Source: Podarcis muralis
Taxonomy: Eukaryota
Assembly: GCF_964188315.1 (NCBI RefSeq)
Contig: NC_135666.1
Location: 2,418,001 to 2,482,000 of the forward strand
Direction of reading: 5' to 3'
DNA length: 64,000 nt
Positions 49,277 to 62,146 of this stretch are shown here, piece by piece. Position 1 is the stretch's first letter, and each line of letters starts with the position of its first letter. The position numbers and the translations under genes are program-made. A model generated the notes under the pieces. It was given only the letters and a program-made list of their open reading frames with translations. It did no database searches and was not told the DNA's origin.

Positions 49277-50721
49277 GTGGCCACCTGTCATGGATGCTTT
49301 AGATGAGAGTCCTGCCTAGCAGGGGGTTGGACTAGATCAGAGGTTCCCAAGCTTATTTGACCTAGTGCCCCCTTTTCAGAAAACCAACAACTCAGTGCCC
49401 CCTGGAAATCTACCTTCGTTAAGTGCAGAAACAGAATGATGCCGTGACAAATTTGCATTCTTTTTATGTATCTATATTTCTAGCTACGTCCTAAGTAGAT
49501 AATCGCTCCAACTTTAACTCTACGTTACATTGATAAGCATCATTATACAACAAATGAAACCATGCACTCAATGGTTTTTCAAAATTTTATTCTCTTCTCG
49601 TCTTTCTTCATGCTTTATTCTATTATTTAGACTACACTAACAGGGAGAAGATGCTTGATCTGAGAGCTGCTGCCATTCAATGGATGGAGCTGTGAGAACA
49701 TAAGGATGGGGGACAACCTGGCTTGCCAGTAGTACATGTGAGAAGAACCTCAGGGGTCTTGGTGGACTCCAAGCTTAACGCGACTCAATAGTGAGATGCA
49801 GCAGCAAAAAGAGGTTGGGTGGCCGTCTGTTATGGATCCTTTAGTTGAGATTCCTGCCTTGAATAGGGGTGGACCAGCTGACCCTCAGGGTCCCTTCTAA
49901 CTCTGCGATTCGACGATTCTATGATTCTGTGAGCAGGATGAGATGTTGCCCAGCTGGAGGGAGCATCTCTGAGCAGGTGCAGAGTGCCAATGGCCTTCTT
50001 TAGCTGCAGCAAAGCCAGGCACAGACCTAGAATTCAGAGGAAGCACCTTCCTGGGCGTGACGGCAGGGTTCCCAGTTGGGTTTGTACCCCCAGAGATAAA
50101 GCTACTGGTCTTCGAGGGTGTCTGTGAGACTGTGTTGCTGCTGCTGCTGCTTCCTCCTTCCACCCCTCTCCCCTTCTCCTCAGCCCCCTTTTCCTGAGTC
50201 ATGCGCCCCAGGGCCCACCCCCACTGCAACCATCTCACTTGTAGAGGCCCACACTTTAATAAACGAAATTGTCAGGAAAAGCAAATGTTGAAAGCACATT
50301 TTTGGAAGCACATTTGTGTAGGCTGGCTTATTTGGCATCCACCCATTTCCGGGAGTTGCAAGGAAGGGCCAGGAATGCTGAAGGACCCTGGGCATTCCTG
50401 CTCAGCCCCTTTCTCCTCACCCTCCTTAGCCCATGCCCATCTTTTAAGATGTCACCCTCCCAGTTCTATATCTGCAGCCTTAAAGGCTGGCCACTTGGCC
50501 AGCCGAGATGGAATCATAGAATCGTGGAGTTGGAAGAGACCCCCAGGAATCTCAGCTCAAGCATCCCTGACAGATGGCCATCCAACCTCTGCTTCAAAAC
50601 CTCCCAGGAAGCAGAGTCCACCACCTCCCAAAGGAGTCCATTCCATGGTTCAATGGCTCTTCTGGTGTCGAGATGGAATCTTCTTCCTGGTCATTTGAAT
50701 CCATTTGTTCAGGTCCTACCA

Positions 50722-50755
<34 letters not shown>

Positions 50756-52828
50756 ACGCGCGCGCGTGCGCGCCTGTAATGATGCTGCCATTCCACAAGC
50801 TCCCACAAAACCTTGCCTTTCATCCTCCTCCTCCCTGCCTAAGCTGGGAGCTCCTGAATGGCTGATTTGTGTGAATCTGCCCTCAAAAACCACACACCAT
50901 TTTGAGCCCTTCGTTGGAGGCATTGAGTGAGTGTCTGGGAATGAGGGTTGTCCTTGGGTGGAATGGACTCCCTTGGAAAGTGGTGAACTCTCTCTCTCTC
51001 TCTCGTTGGAGGTTTTGACACAGAGCTTGGAGGGCCATCTGCTTGAGTTGAGATTCCTGCATTGCAGAAGGTTGGGCAGGTCCCTTCCAACTCCACAACA
51101 CTACGGTTCTGTGATTCCAGGCCACCCATCAGGGCCTCTAAGCCCCACTGCCCCACTGCCTTTTTGCTGCCATCCCCCAAAGAGGAGAGGGCAGGCCTGC
51201 CAGGCACCTGGTGGGTCTCCCCTGTCTGTTCTCTTGGTGAATGATGGGGCACACCTGGGCGTTCTGTGCATGTGTGAGTCCACCCAGAGGACTGTAGTCA
51301 ACCAAGCTCTCTAAGAGGAGACCTGTTGAGCCAGAGCAAGCCACGCCTATGGGCATCAATGGACAGACCCATTGCACGGGCTCCCGCCCAGAGTCGCTGT
51401 GTGCCAGCCGAACCCTCGGTCATCCACTCTCCTGTTTCTGTTTGATCTTCACTCCCTGCTGGATTGTAAAAGGGTCTGAACAGCCAGACGCCCAGCTTGG
51501 AGTCCCTACGGCAGCTGGAGGTCACGCCCAGCAGCGAGTCCACCTGCGAGACCCTCTCTCAATTCGGCAGCACCGACTCCAGGGTAAAAAGCAAGCACAC
51601 ACCCCTTCCCCACCACCTGACCCCACCCCGCAGGTCTCCTGCTCTCCGCCTGACACCCTTTGCCACGCCAACCCTCGTGTTTTCCCCCTCCCTCCCTTGC
51701 ACCGCCTTCCCCATTGCCTGTGAGAATCCCACCCTGCAGTGTTGCCCACAAATGCACAGCACCCCCTGTATGTGTGGGAGCAAAGGGTTTTTGCTGGCAG
51801 TGGGGTCAGCACACAGCCCTTGGAAGCCAAAGGAGTCCAGGGGGAGAGAGGGTTGGATGTGCTGGAAGCGAGCTTAGGAGGACCGAAGGGCAGCTGTTAT
51901 CAGGGCATGCATGCGTTCTGAGTGGCACAGAGCTCTTCGTCAGACACACTCTATAGAAGCTGGAAATAGAGAAGGCTGCAGCCCCTCTTCACATGCTCTC
52001 ATGGGATGCATATAGAAATAAAGAGATAATATATTTGTTAGGTATTATCCTTCCTTACTCACATTTGTGAATTCAGCAGAGTACATCCCCTTTGCTGAAA
52101 ATAATAATAATAAGGAAGCTGTTGATAATCTAGTGTTATCCCTTTAATTTAAGCAATCCAGGATGATTTATCACAGATTGGATTTCCTGGTATTCCCCCT
52201 TTTCCTTCCTTAAAACAATAAACACACAAAACAGTATTCTTATTAGTAAAGACAGGTTTACTCACCCAGTTTCACAGCAGCAGTCTTGCACCAGGCTTAA
52301 AAGGTAGTTACAGACATATATGGTAGTTTAGATTAAAGTGTTGTGTCTCATACTCAACGCATGTCGTACATCCCTAGTCATTGAAGAGATGAGAGAGATC
52401 GGAGATCAGGAATCAGAGAAGGAGCAGGTCAGGGACATGACCGGCTTATATAGGCTGCTCACCTTTACCTGGCTAGAGACAGTGGGAGTGGCTCTCCCAG
52501 GGAGGAGTTCCTGTAGAGATCCACCTTCCCCTGTGTTTGCCTTTCTAGCAAACACACCTTGTTGGTTTGACTGCCTTGTAGACATCCCACCTGCTCTGCT
52601 GTGGCATGTCTCCGGCGTTACCTCGAAAGCAATTGGGTCCCATTAGTTTCAGCGCCCTGGTTCAAGCCACCATCCTTGGAGGAAGGATTTTGGGCTTGAG
52701 CCATGATGCAGCAGCATCGAGGCCCCCCCTGTCCTGTAGACAAGACGGAGAACCTTTAAGCCGTGACTACCCCTCCAACGCAATGACCCCAGCTCCCTGG
52801 GCTGCTCCCTCCCTTTCTCTTTCCCCAG

Positions 52829-53125
52829 GAGGAAGAGGTTGTCCGCGAGAGCCGCTTCTACTTCCGGGGCTACGGCCTGGGCCACTGCCTGCAGCACATG
52901 AAGGACAGTGGGGCAATGGAAAGTCTTGACATCTACAGGCCACCCCCTCCCACCTCGCTCCTGAGGGAGGACGAGATGCTCCAGAGGCGCTACCTGGACA
53001 GGGCCAAGCGCATCGACACCATCTCTCGGGCGGTCTTCCCCTTCACCTTCCTGGTCTTCAACATCTTCTACTGGGTGGTCTACAAAGTGCTTCGCTCAGA
53101 GGAGGTCCACCAAGCCACGCCCTGA
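52829..53125 (+). CDS. GLRA4: Glycine receptor alpha-4 terminal exon (TM3-4 loop end + TM4), orphan copy in this window
   Basis: ESRFYFRGYGLGHCLQ...RAKRIDTISRAVFPFTFLVFNIFYWVVYKVLRSEEVHQ*; acceptor ttccccag|; no upstream GLRA exons seen. Confidence 0.92.
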   Translation, partial: EEEVVRESRFYFRGYGLGHCLQHMKDSGAMESLDIYRPPPPTSLLREDEMLQRRYLDRAKRIDTISRAVFPFTFLVFNIFYWVVYKVLRSEEVHQATP

Positions 53126-54988
53126 GCTCTTACCAGACTCGGAAGCCAAGCCACAAGGACCTTGGGAGCTGCATTCTGTCTGGCGTTCACCTTGCAAAGC
53201 ATTGGGATGTTGACCTCTCTCTCCCCCACGCCCTTCGTGTTTCCTGGACACAAGTTTCCCAGTGCTGGCCAAGAAAGTTGTCGAGCTGCGCATGGCATGA
53301 GAAGGCCCAAAGCAAAGCTTGCTCCCACTTCTTCCTCCAGGACCTCCACCACCGGAGCATGGCGTTTAAGGGTGGGGCATGTTTCTCAAAGTGCCCCAGG
53401 GATTTTAAGGTGCCCCAGCCTACTGGAGGCACCAGAGTTTCTACCCTAGACCTGTGTTGCTGCTCCTTCGCCCCAGCAAGGAGGTGGGAGAGTCAGTGGG
53501 ACCCAGTTTCCCAGCTCTGTAGCACAGTGTGCTGCCACCGTCCCCCTTGACATCTAACCCACCAATACTTAGCCAGCATGGTCCAACAGAGGATCCTTGA
53601 GGAGGACATTTCCCAGTCACACAGCATGGTCCTTACATCAGCTGGGCTCCTGCCCTGCATTAGCAGCATGGATATGTCTTGCAAGCAGCGTCACTTCCTA
53701 CCATCTCCCCAGCACCAACACAACCCATAGATCTGGAAGACCAACCAAACCAGCAGTGGTGCAGGGGGTGGGGGTGGGGGGACTGGGACATGGTGCAGAG
53801 ATGAAGGTCCTTAAGGACAAGGCAGGTGTGGTCAGTCCTTGATGGTCCAGAACCTGCCCAGAAATGGAGGCAAAAGGAAGGCACAAGTAATGCAACTCTA
53901 TCTCGCTGCGTGTGTGTTTATACTTTTTAGAAATGTTTAACTGCTGCTTGAATGGACTATGGGAGAAATGTTTGGGTGTCCTCATTCAACGCAGTTCAGT
54001 TTTTTGGGGGGTGGGTGGGTAACATAGTTCTTATTCCTTTTCATCTTTAAGCTGTTTATCATGGTTGCATTGAGATATATCTTTGTTTACATTAGAGCAT
54101 ATGACATGCAACAATTACATAAAATTAAAACAACAATCAACACACAGACAAATGTTTCTGTCAAGGTTGTGTCAAAGTGTATATAGCAAGAGTATGACAA
54201 TTACTACAGATATGAAATGGTGCAAAGTAACAGTGACAATAAGTAAGAGGAATTTTGTATCAATAACAATTAGAATTTATAGGAATTTATAGGAAAGGGG
54301 TAGGGGGAAAGTTAAAATATGTCCTTCATGCACGCTAGACTGTGCTGTAAACTTTGGGTACGGTTCTTCCATATGCCTCTTTATTTGTGTAATCAATAAA
54401 GTCACATCAGATTGCATAAAAATCATCATGATTCTTTTGCCCGCTTGCTACTTTTAATTTTTGTGGCAGTTTTTCCAATCCTGTTGTTTGCCAGATAGCA
54501 TTAGACTATTAGTCCACAACCAACCATTATTTGTAATTATTTCCATGTCTTGGCAATGGTTGTTCTTGCAGCGGTTAATGGATGTGTTATGAATTATTTG
54601 TTTCTAAGTTGCAACATATCGTGACTTACAAGTTGAGTAGAGCCAGTCCTGGGGTCCTGGGGTCTGTCTGCCTTGTAATCAAATATATGCTGGAGACACA
54701 GGGCAAGGGAGGGCGTTGCCCAGGGTGTTTTTCCTGAAGGCTTCAGCTCTCCCCAAAACAGGGAGACCGTCTTGAAGGAGAACACAAAAGGACAGGGATT
54801 CAGAATCCCGCTCCCTTGGCACCTAAAGAGGGACAGTGTTGGCATGGGATGAGTTTTTCAGAGGAGAGTTCTCCTTAACAGAATAAGGGAAAGCGAAGAA
54901 ATGGAACACTCCTAGGCCTATACTGACATCTAGGGACCACTGAGGGAAGTCTGCCTCAGCGCAGGGCAATCTTCTTGAGAGCTCAGTA

Positions 54989-55230
54989 CAGTGGTACCTC
55001 GGGTTACATACGCTTCAGGTTACATACGCTTCAGGTTACATACTCCGCTAACCCAGAAATAGTGCTTCAGATTAAGAATTTTGCTTCAGGATGAGAACAG
55101 AAATCGTGCTCCAGCGGTGCGGCGGGAGCAGGAGGCCCCATTAGCTAAAGTGGTGCTTCAGGTTAAGAACAGTTTCAGGTTCAGTACGGACCTCCGGAAT
55201 GAATTAAGTACTTAACCCGAGGTACCACTG
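54989..55230. mobile_element. Tigger/pogo-like MITE, present only in duplication copy 2
   Basis: TA|cagtggtacctcgggtta...taacccgaggtaccactg|TA; empty site gagctcagtatacg at ~1785-1798. Confidence 0.93.
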
Positions 55231-58199
55231 TATACGTTTCTTTTAGACTGCACAATTCTCCCCAACCAGTGGCGTAGGAAGGGGGGGTGCAGTGGGTGTG
55301 GTCCGCCCTGGGTGTCATCACTGAGGGGTGTGTGTGACAAAATGGCAAAAATATTGTGTTTTTAAAATAAATTTAAAAAATTGGGCTCATGACACTTTTT
55401 TGGGGGGAAAATAATATTATTTAAAACGAGTTTAATAACTTCGCCTGACAATTAATTAACCTCAACAAGTCAACACAATACGTATTGAAACTTTTTAGTT
55501 CAGTCAAGAAATACAACGAAACATGGCTGAACTCGACGCTGTGTAGTGGAGAGCAAATGGACAAGGAAGGAGAGGGGTGTTTCTTTCCGCCGAAGTCTGT
55601 CTCTGCAGAGCGAGATGTAAACAACCGTGACTCATCATCACTCAACCCGCAGCCAGTCCTCTCCGCACCGGGTACCAGCTGACCTTGCTACGCCACTGTC
55701 CCCCATATCCCGCCTCCTCCACTGACATACCCTTTGCAGGACTCTCTGTGGAGAGTGAAGGACCACAAGCCAGTTTGCTCCGCAGTGTTGATAAAACACA
55801 CTTTTAATAAAATGCCCCCCCCCCCAATTCTTTTAAGGATCAAGGGAGATATGTTCTGTCTGTTGTCTCCTCCAGTCAAATCAAGGGGTCTCTCCAAAAT
55901 CTGCCTGTGCCCAGGCCCAAATCTGCCCAAGCCTTGGAAAATCCTAGGCAGCCGTCTCTTGGACCAGAAGTTGTTTCATCACTGGCAACCCTGCAAGTAC
56001 TTTCCACCCCAAGTGAGCTTGTGCGTCACCTGGGCAGGCCCTCTCAACTAAGCATGGAAACCTGCTCCAGTTCACATTTAAAGGTGAACCAACCTAATTC
56101 ACACTTTCTTGAAGAGCGCGGAAACCAAAAGACAGCCATCTTTGGAATTCTCACTTCTTTGGGTTTTGTAAGCCAGTCCTCTAGCCAAATAATGTGCGTA
56201 AAAATGCACATGACAGGGCAAATAGTGCATATAGAAGTTTATACATTGGTAACTTGGTTCTCAAACGCCTTGGTTCCCAAACACCAAAAACCTGGAAGTG
56301 TTTTTTTGGAAGCCAAATGTCCGATGCAGCTGTTGGCTATTGTTTCTGGGGCACCTGCACCAACTAGAAGCTACGTCTTGGTTTTTGAACATTTCAGAAG
56401 TCAAATGGACTTCCAGAACAGATTAAGTTCGAGAACCAAGGTACCACCGTATTTGGCACTTTTGTTTTTGCTATTTATTTTGCATTTTTGTTTTTGAGGC
56501 TTTTTTGGTTAATTTGTTTTTGTGACTGTGTGGAACCCAGTTCAACCACTGATTGATTGATTGATTGATTGATTCATTGTGTGACTGCGGAAATGGATAA
56601 AAGCCCCCCAGCCTAACAATGACTATCATCAGTGCAGGTAAGAATTTTTTTAAAAAAATCATCTACAATACTTTCTTATTCATTTTAGTTGTACAATACA
56701 TTGATTATTGCTTTCATTTTATGGATCAATGGTCTCGTTAGAGAGTAAAATGCATGTTAAATTGCTGTTTTAGAGGTGGTTGTTAAAAGTCTGGAATGGA
56801 TTAATCCTTTTTGCATTACTTCCTATGGGAAAGTGTGTCTTGGTTTTGGAACGCTTTGGTTTTGGAATGGACTTCTGGAACGGATTAAGTTTGAGAACCA
56901 AGGCAAAAATGGAATTGTCAAAAATGGAATAGAGAAATGCATTATTTTAAGAGAAATTGCTTTGCAAGCTTGTGCGTGTTAGACAAACTTTCATACAAAT
57001 CTATGTATGTTAGGAGTAAATTGAACTAAGATGGGGTGAATTTTCAGCAGGACTTGAAGCAAATATATACTCACAAATTGATGTGGAAATGTGGAGGAGT
57101 GGACTTGAGAATTGAAAAATGAGAAATGAAGATAAACCAAAATTTGCCCACCCCTAACCCCAACCTGAGCTATGGAATACAGGACATCCCTAGTGGGGTG
57201 TCATGTTGCTTATTTATTCTTATTTAGCAAGATACGCACATACCTATGTAATTTAAAATACCGATGAAAACAGACTTTAAAAACATTAAACATATCTGAA
57301 TTATCAAGATATATTACAAACCAATAGCTTTTTAAAAGCAATGTACCCAATGAAATGCCATGTCTTTGTAGGCTTGCCTGTGGAAAGGAAGTTTAAGCAA
57401 CGTTTAAAAGAAGCCTGCCCAATGAAGGATGGAGATTATGTGGCCCTTGTGCAGGGCCGTCTTAAGCATATCCGGCGCCGTGGTGCAAAGATCCCTCCAG
57501 CGCCCCCCCCCCCCGTTTCCCAGAGTTGTTGCCCTTTCCCAGGCCTCTGCAGGGATCGCTCTCCTCCTGAGGAGGCTTGGGAAGGAAGCTGCACGCCCAC
57601 CAGCCCCATGGTTGAGGGGGCACAGCTGGCGGGTGTGTAGGGAAAGGGGAGGCAAAGCCACGCAGCTCCCCCACTCGCTGGGGCGCCCCTGAGAGGCCAG
57701 CGCCCTGGCGCAACGCGCCACTAAGACCAATGGGAAAGACGACTCTGCACTTGTGAAAAGTCCCAGTTCCGGAGATGGGAGTCAGGCAGGCCAATCCATC
57801 AAGTAAACTGATCCCAAGCTATTGAGGGCTTTGTATACTAATAGTCACCCCTCTAATTTGGCTGAGTAGCAAACCAGAAGTGCAGACTGAAATGCTCTTT
57901 GATGGTGTTGAGGGGAAGGATGTAGAGAAACAAGCCTCTCCCTCTTCCTGTTACTGGAGGAATCTCTGTGAAAACGAGACCTATCACTGGGTATGTTTTT
58001 GCTAGAATGAACTTAGTTGAACATTGAGGAAGTGAGCTTCCCCCGCCTCCGAAACATCAATTCGGCCTGTTTCCTGTTTCTGTGAGAAAAAACACATAAA
58101 GCTGCAAGTGAGTTTCAAGTGGAAGCAAGCGTGCAGATAGAGATATCTGCTCTGCCTGCACCTAACTTGCTTCACCGCAAAAACGAACAGGAGTGGACG

Positions 58200-58265
58200 A
58201 TGAAGTCCCCTCTCCACAGAGTCCTGGTGTTGCATCTGATGGGAATCTTCACAGGAGACAATCAG
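58200..58265 (+). CDS. Ecto-ADP-ribosyltransferase copy 2, signal-peptide exon
   Basis: Identical to 4751-4816. Confidence 0.75.
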
Positions 58266-58342
58266 GTATGAAAAGGCACCTTGGAGGGTGGAGGAGGGGG
58301 CAAAGGTGGGCTTCAGTCCAGAATTCAATCTTAAATCTGGAG

Positions 58343-61300
58343 AGAAATTGGAACCCAAACTAATTTGCAAAGATGAGGAAGGGAGGATCCTGGGAATCCA
58401 AATCACACACCAAGGGGAAAGATTTAACGTAGTAACAGTTTATGCCCCCAATACAAACAAAACCGAGTTTTTCAGGAAATTGGAAAAAGTGCTATTGGAA
58501 TTGGAAAATCACAATCTAATTGTATTAGGTGACCTGAATGGAGTTCCGGAACCCGAGATAGATAGAAGTGAAAAAAGAAAGAAAGGGAAACAGGGGAAAC
58601 TCCCCAAAACCTTTGATGACCTCCAAGAAAATTTAGATCTGATTGACATCTGGAGGTTTAAAAACCCCACAGAAAAACAGTTTACTTTTTTTTCAGGAGT
58701 TCATCAAAGCTGGGGGAGAATAGACCAGATTTGGGTCTCCAGAGAGCTTTCGACAAGGTCACTGAAATGTGAAATAGAGCCCAGAACACTCTCGGATCAC
58801 AACCCAATATATCTGGAAATAAAGTGTAAGCTACCAGGACCTTATAGATGGAGAATGAATGATTACTTGTTGGAACAAGAGGAGACCATTTCTAAGGCAA
58901 AGAATATTTTGAAAGAGTATTTTGATCAAAACCTGAACAAAGAAACCAAAATTGATGTGGTCTGGGATGCAAGTAAAGCAGTACTCAGAGGTTTTCTGAT
59001 ACAACAGAATAAATACAGGAAAAACTTAAGAGAGGCAAAGAAAGATGAAATAGTTAAACAATTAAAAGAGATAGAGATAAAATTAACAAAAAACCCGGGA
59101 GATGAGAAGACCAAACAATTGGGTAAATTACTACAAACTCAATATTCATCACTGCTAAATCAGGAAATAGAATGGGGAATAAGAATGATGAAACAAAAAT
59201 ACTTTGAGTTTGCGAACAAAACAGGTAAGCTATTAGCATGGCAATTGAGAAAAAGGAAAAAGCAAAGAGTAATTAATAAAATTAAATCGGAAGAGCAAAT
59301 AATAGAAGACCCTAATGAGATAAAAGATAAATTCCTCCAATACTACGAAACTCTGTATAAAAAGAGGGAAGAGGAAGATATAAACGAGATTGGAAGATAT
59401 TTAGAAAGGAGTGGAGGAGAAGAAATAACAGAAGAAGAAAGGGCACTTCTAAATGAACCAATAACGGTGGAAGAAGTTAGGGATGCAATTAAGAAAATGA
59501 AACCGGGGAAGGCTCCAGGCCCAGACGGCCTGTCTCAAAAATACTACAAAACTTTAGAGGAACATCTGGCCCCGGTACTGTGCAATGTAATTAATAACAT
59601 CTTACAAGGGGGAGAAATACCTGATTCTTGGAGGGAGGCCTACATCACGGTAATACCGAAAGCAGACTCAGATATACTTGAGATAAAAAATTATAGACCA
59701 ATATCGCTGCTTAATAATGACTATAAAATTTTTGCGGGAATAATGGCATGTAGATTAAAGAAATATTTGAATAGAGCGATACACAAAGACCAAGCCGGAT
59801 TCCTGCCAGGTAGGCAGATAAAAGACAACGTAAGGCATATAATCAATATAATTGAATACCTGGAATCCAGGAACGATATCCCCGCCGCCCTAATCTTCAT
59901 AGACGCCGAGAAGGCTTTTGATAACGTATCCTGGCACTTCCTTATAGGATGCATGGAGAATGTAGGAATAAGAGGACCATTTCTGGAAGGCATAAGATCG
60001 ATCTACTCAACTCAAAGAGCGAAATTAATAGTCAACGGCAACCTGACAAACTCATTCATGATCTCCAAAGGCACAAGACAGGGGTGCCCTCTATCACCCC
60101 TGTTATTCATTATGGTCTTGGAAGTTATACTAAATAGAATAAGAGGAACGCCGGAAATTAGAGGGATTAAAATAGGTACAAAAGAATATAAAGTAAAAGC
60201 TTACGCCGACGACCTAGTAGTCTCAATAGAAGACCCCACAAAAGGGATAAACACAGTCATTGAGGTAATGGAGGCGTTCGGTAGGCTATCCGGGTTCAAA
60301 TTAAACAAAATCAAAACAAAGATCCTGATAAAAAATCTAGATGAACAACTAAGAAACAAAATAGAACTGGATTCCGGGATAAAAATATCGAAAAAGGTTA
60401 AATATTTGGGTATTTGGATTACCCCAAAAAGTATAAACCTGGTGGAGGATAACTACAATAAGATCTGGAGAGAATGTAAAAGGGATCTAGACAGTTGGAG
60501 TAGACTACAACTCTCATGGGAAGGAAGAATGGCCGCCATTAAAATGAATATCTTGCCAAAAATGATATTCCTATTCCAAAATATCCCAGTAATTAGGGGC
60601 ACAACGATGTTCAAAGATTGGCAGAGGACCTTGACCAGATTTATCTGGCAAGGCAAAAGGGCCAGAATTAAATATAAGTTACTCACCGACAGAAGAGAGA
60701 GAGGAGGCTTCGCAGTACCGAACCTGCAACTATACTATGAGGCTTCATGCCTCTGTTGGATTAAGGAATGGATAGTCTTAGATAACACCGACCTATTGGA
60801 TTTAGAGGGGTTCGACGCCAGGTTCGGGTGGCATGCGTACTTATGGCAGGAGAAAGGGAGAGTCCATAAAGGTTTTTCCAACCATATCATAAGAGGAGCA
60901 CTGCTGGAGGTGTGGAACAGATGTAAAAACTTAGTAGAAAAGGACACCCCATGGTGGCTGTCACCTATTGATATTCTAGTAATTAAAAAATTAAATATGG
61001 AAGGCAAAAGGTGGACGTATGCTGATCTCCTGAAAAGAACAGACAAAGGTTGGGAAGTCAGACCTTATGAGGAATTAAAGGATAAACTAACGGGGTGGAT
61101 GCAATACCACCAAATTAACGCCGTTTGGAGGGAACACAAAAAAGTCGGAATGAGTAAGAATAAATCCAAGTTCCAGCTAGAAATAATAGAGGGGAAATCT
61201 AAACTGCTAACTAAGATGTATAACCAACTATTAGACTGGGATACAATGGATGAGGAAATCAAAGAAGTAATGGTTAAGTGGGCCATAGACCTAGGACACC

Positions 61301-62146
61301 CTATAGAATATGAAAGGTGGACAAAACTCTGGAATAAAGATATGAAATTTTCAGCTTGTGTCAGACTTCGGGAAAATATGGAAAAGATGATGTACCGATG
61401 GTACATCACACCAACGAAATTAGCTAAAATGTATAAAACCGGGGAGAAGACTTGCTGGAAATGCAAGAGGAAGGAGGGAGACTTCTTCCATATGTGGTGG
61501 TCCTGCGAAGAAGTTAAAAGATTTTGGGGGTTGGTCTACGATGAGTTGAAAAAGATCCTAAAGTATAACTTTCCCAAAAAGCCCGAGGCATTCCTCTTAG
61601 GAATGGTGGGGGAAGAAATTAAAAAAGACGACCAAACCCTCTTTCAATATGCAACAGTATCCGCAAGGATACTGTTAGCACAGAATTGGAGAACAGCCAA
61701 CGTTCCAATGATTAGTGAATGGCAAACTAAACTAATTGAATATATGGATACAGCAATAATGACACAGAAGATCAGGCAACAGAAGAATACCAAATTTATT
61801 AACGATTGGAATAAATTTCTCTCATACATGGAACGGACCTTGGGAAATGACAAAATCACAGTAGGCATAATATAAAAATCGCGAGGTGAGAACAATGATT
61901 AGATAAAGACACTGCTGAACGTAATATTGAGTTACCGCTCGCTCGAGGTGGTGGGAAGTCAACAATGTTATAGATTTGTACAATGTTTGAGTGTATAGTC
62001 AGTAAGGAATCCAATTGTGTTTTTGTATATTCTGTTTTCCTTTAGGTTTTCATGTTTTTCTTTTTTTCTTTTATGGATGATGTATATATGTTTTTAACTG
62101 CTGGAATATAATAAAGGTATTTTTAAAATTTAAAAAATAAAAATAA
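58343..62146 (+). mobile_element. Young L1, 5'-truncated within the endonuclease, rest of ORF2 intact (stop 61875)
   Basis: YAPN, GDLN, RIDQIW, SDH; GTRQGCPLSPLLF, YADD; CWKC..HMWWSC; 10-bp TSD aaatctggag (58333-42, 62147-56) at a TT/AAA site; empty site at ~4882-4893. Confidence 0.97.

Larger units (their letters stand above)
45742..51310 (+). repeat. Local tandem duplication, unit B (5.6 kb; retains 47193-48310 missing from A)
   Basis: Colinear with unit A; 20-bp filler 45722-45741 between units. Confidence 0.97.

Noticed and set aside
51310-52828. Penultimate GLRA4 exon (TM2-TM3)
   Set aside because: No ASLPKVSYVKAIDIW-like frame present; treated as intron
58288-58342. Apparent start of a 1195-aa full-length ORF2, or an ART-L1 fusion protein
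   Set aside because: First 18 codons are host intron from a GTG; the L1 lacks the N-terminal EN motifs; ART ATG (58200) is not in frame with it
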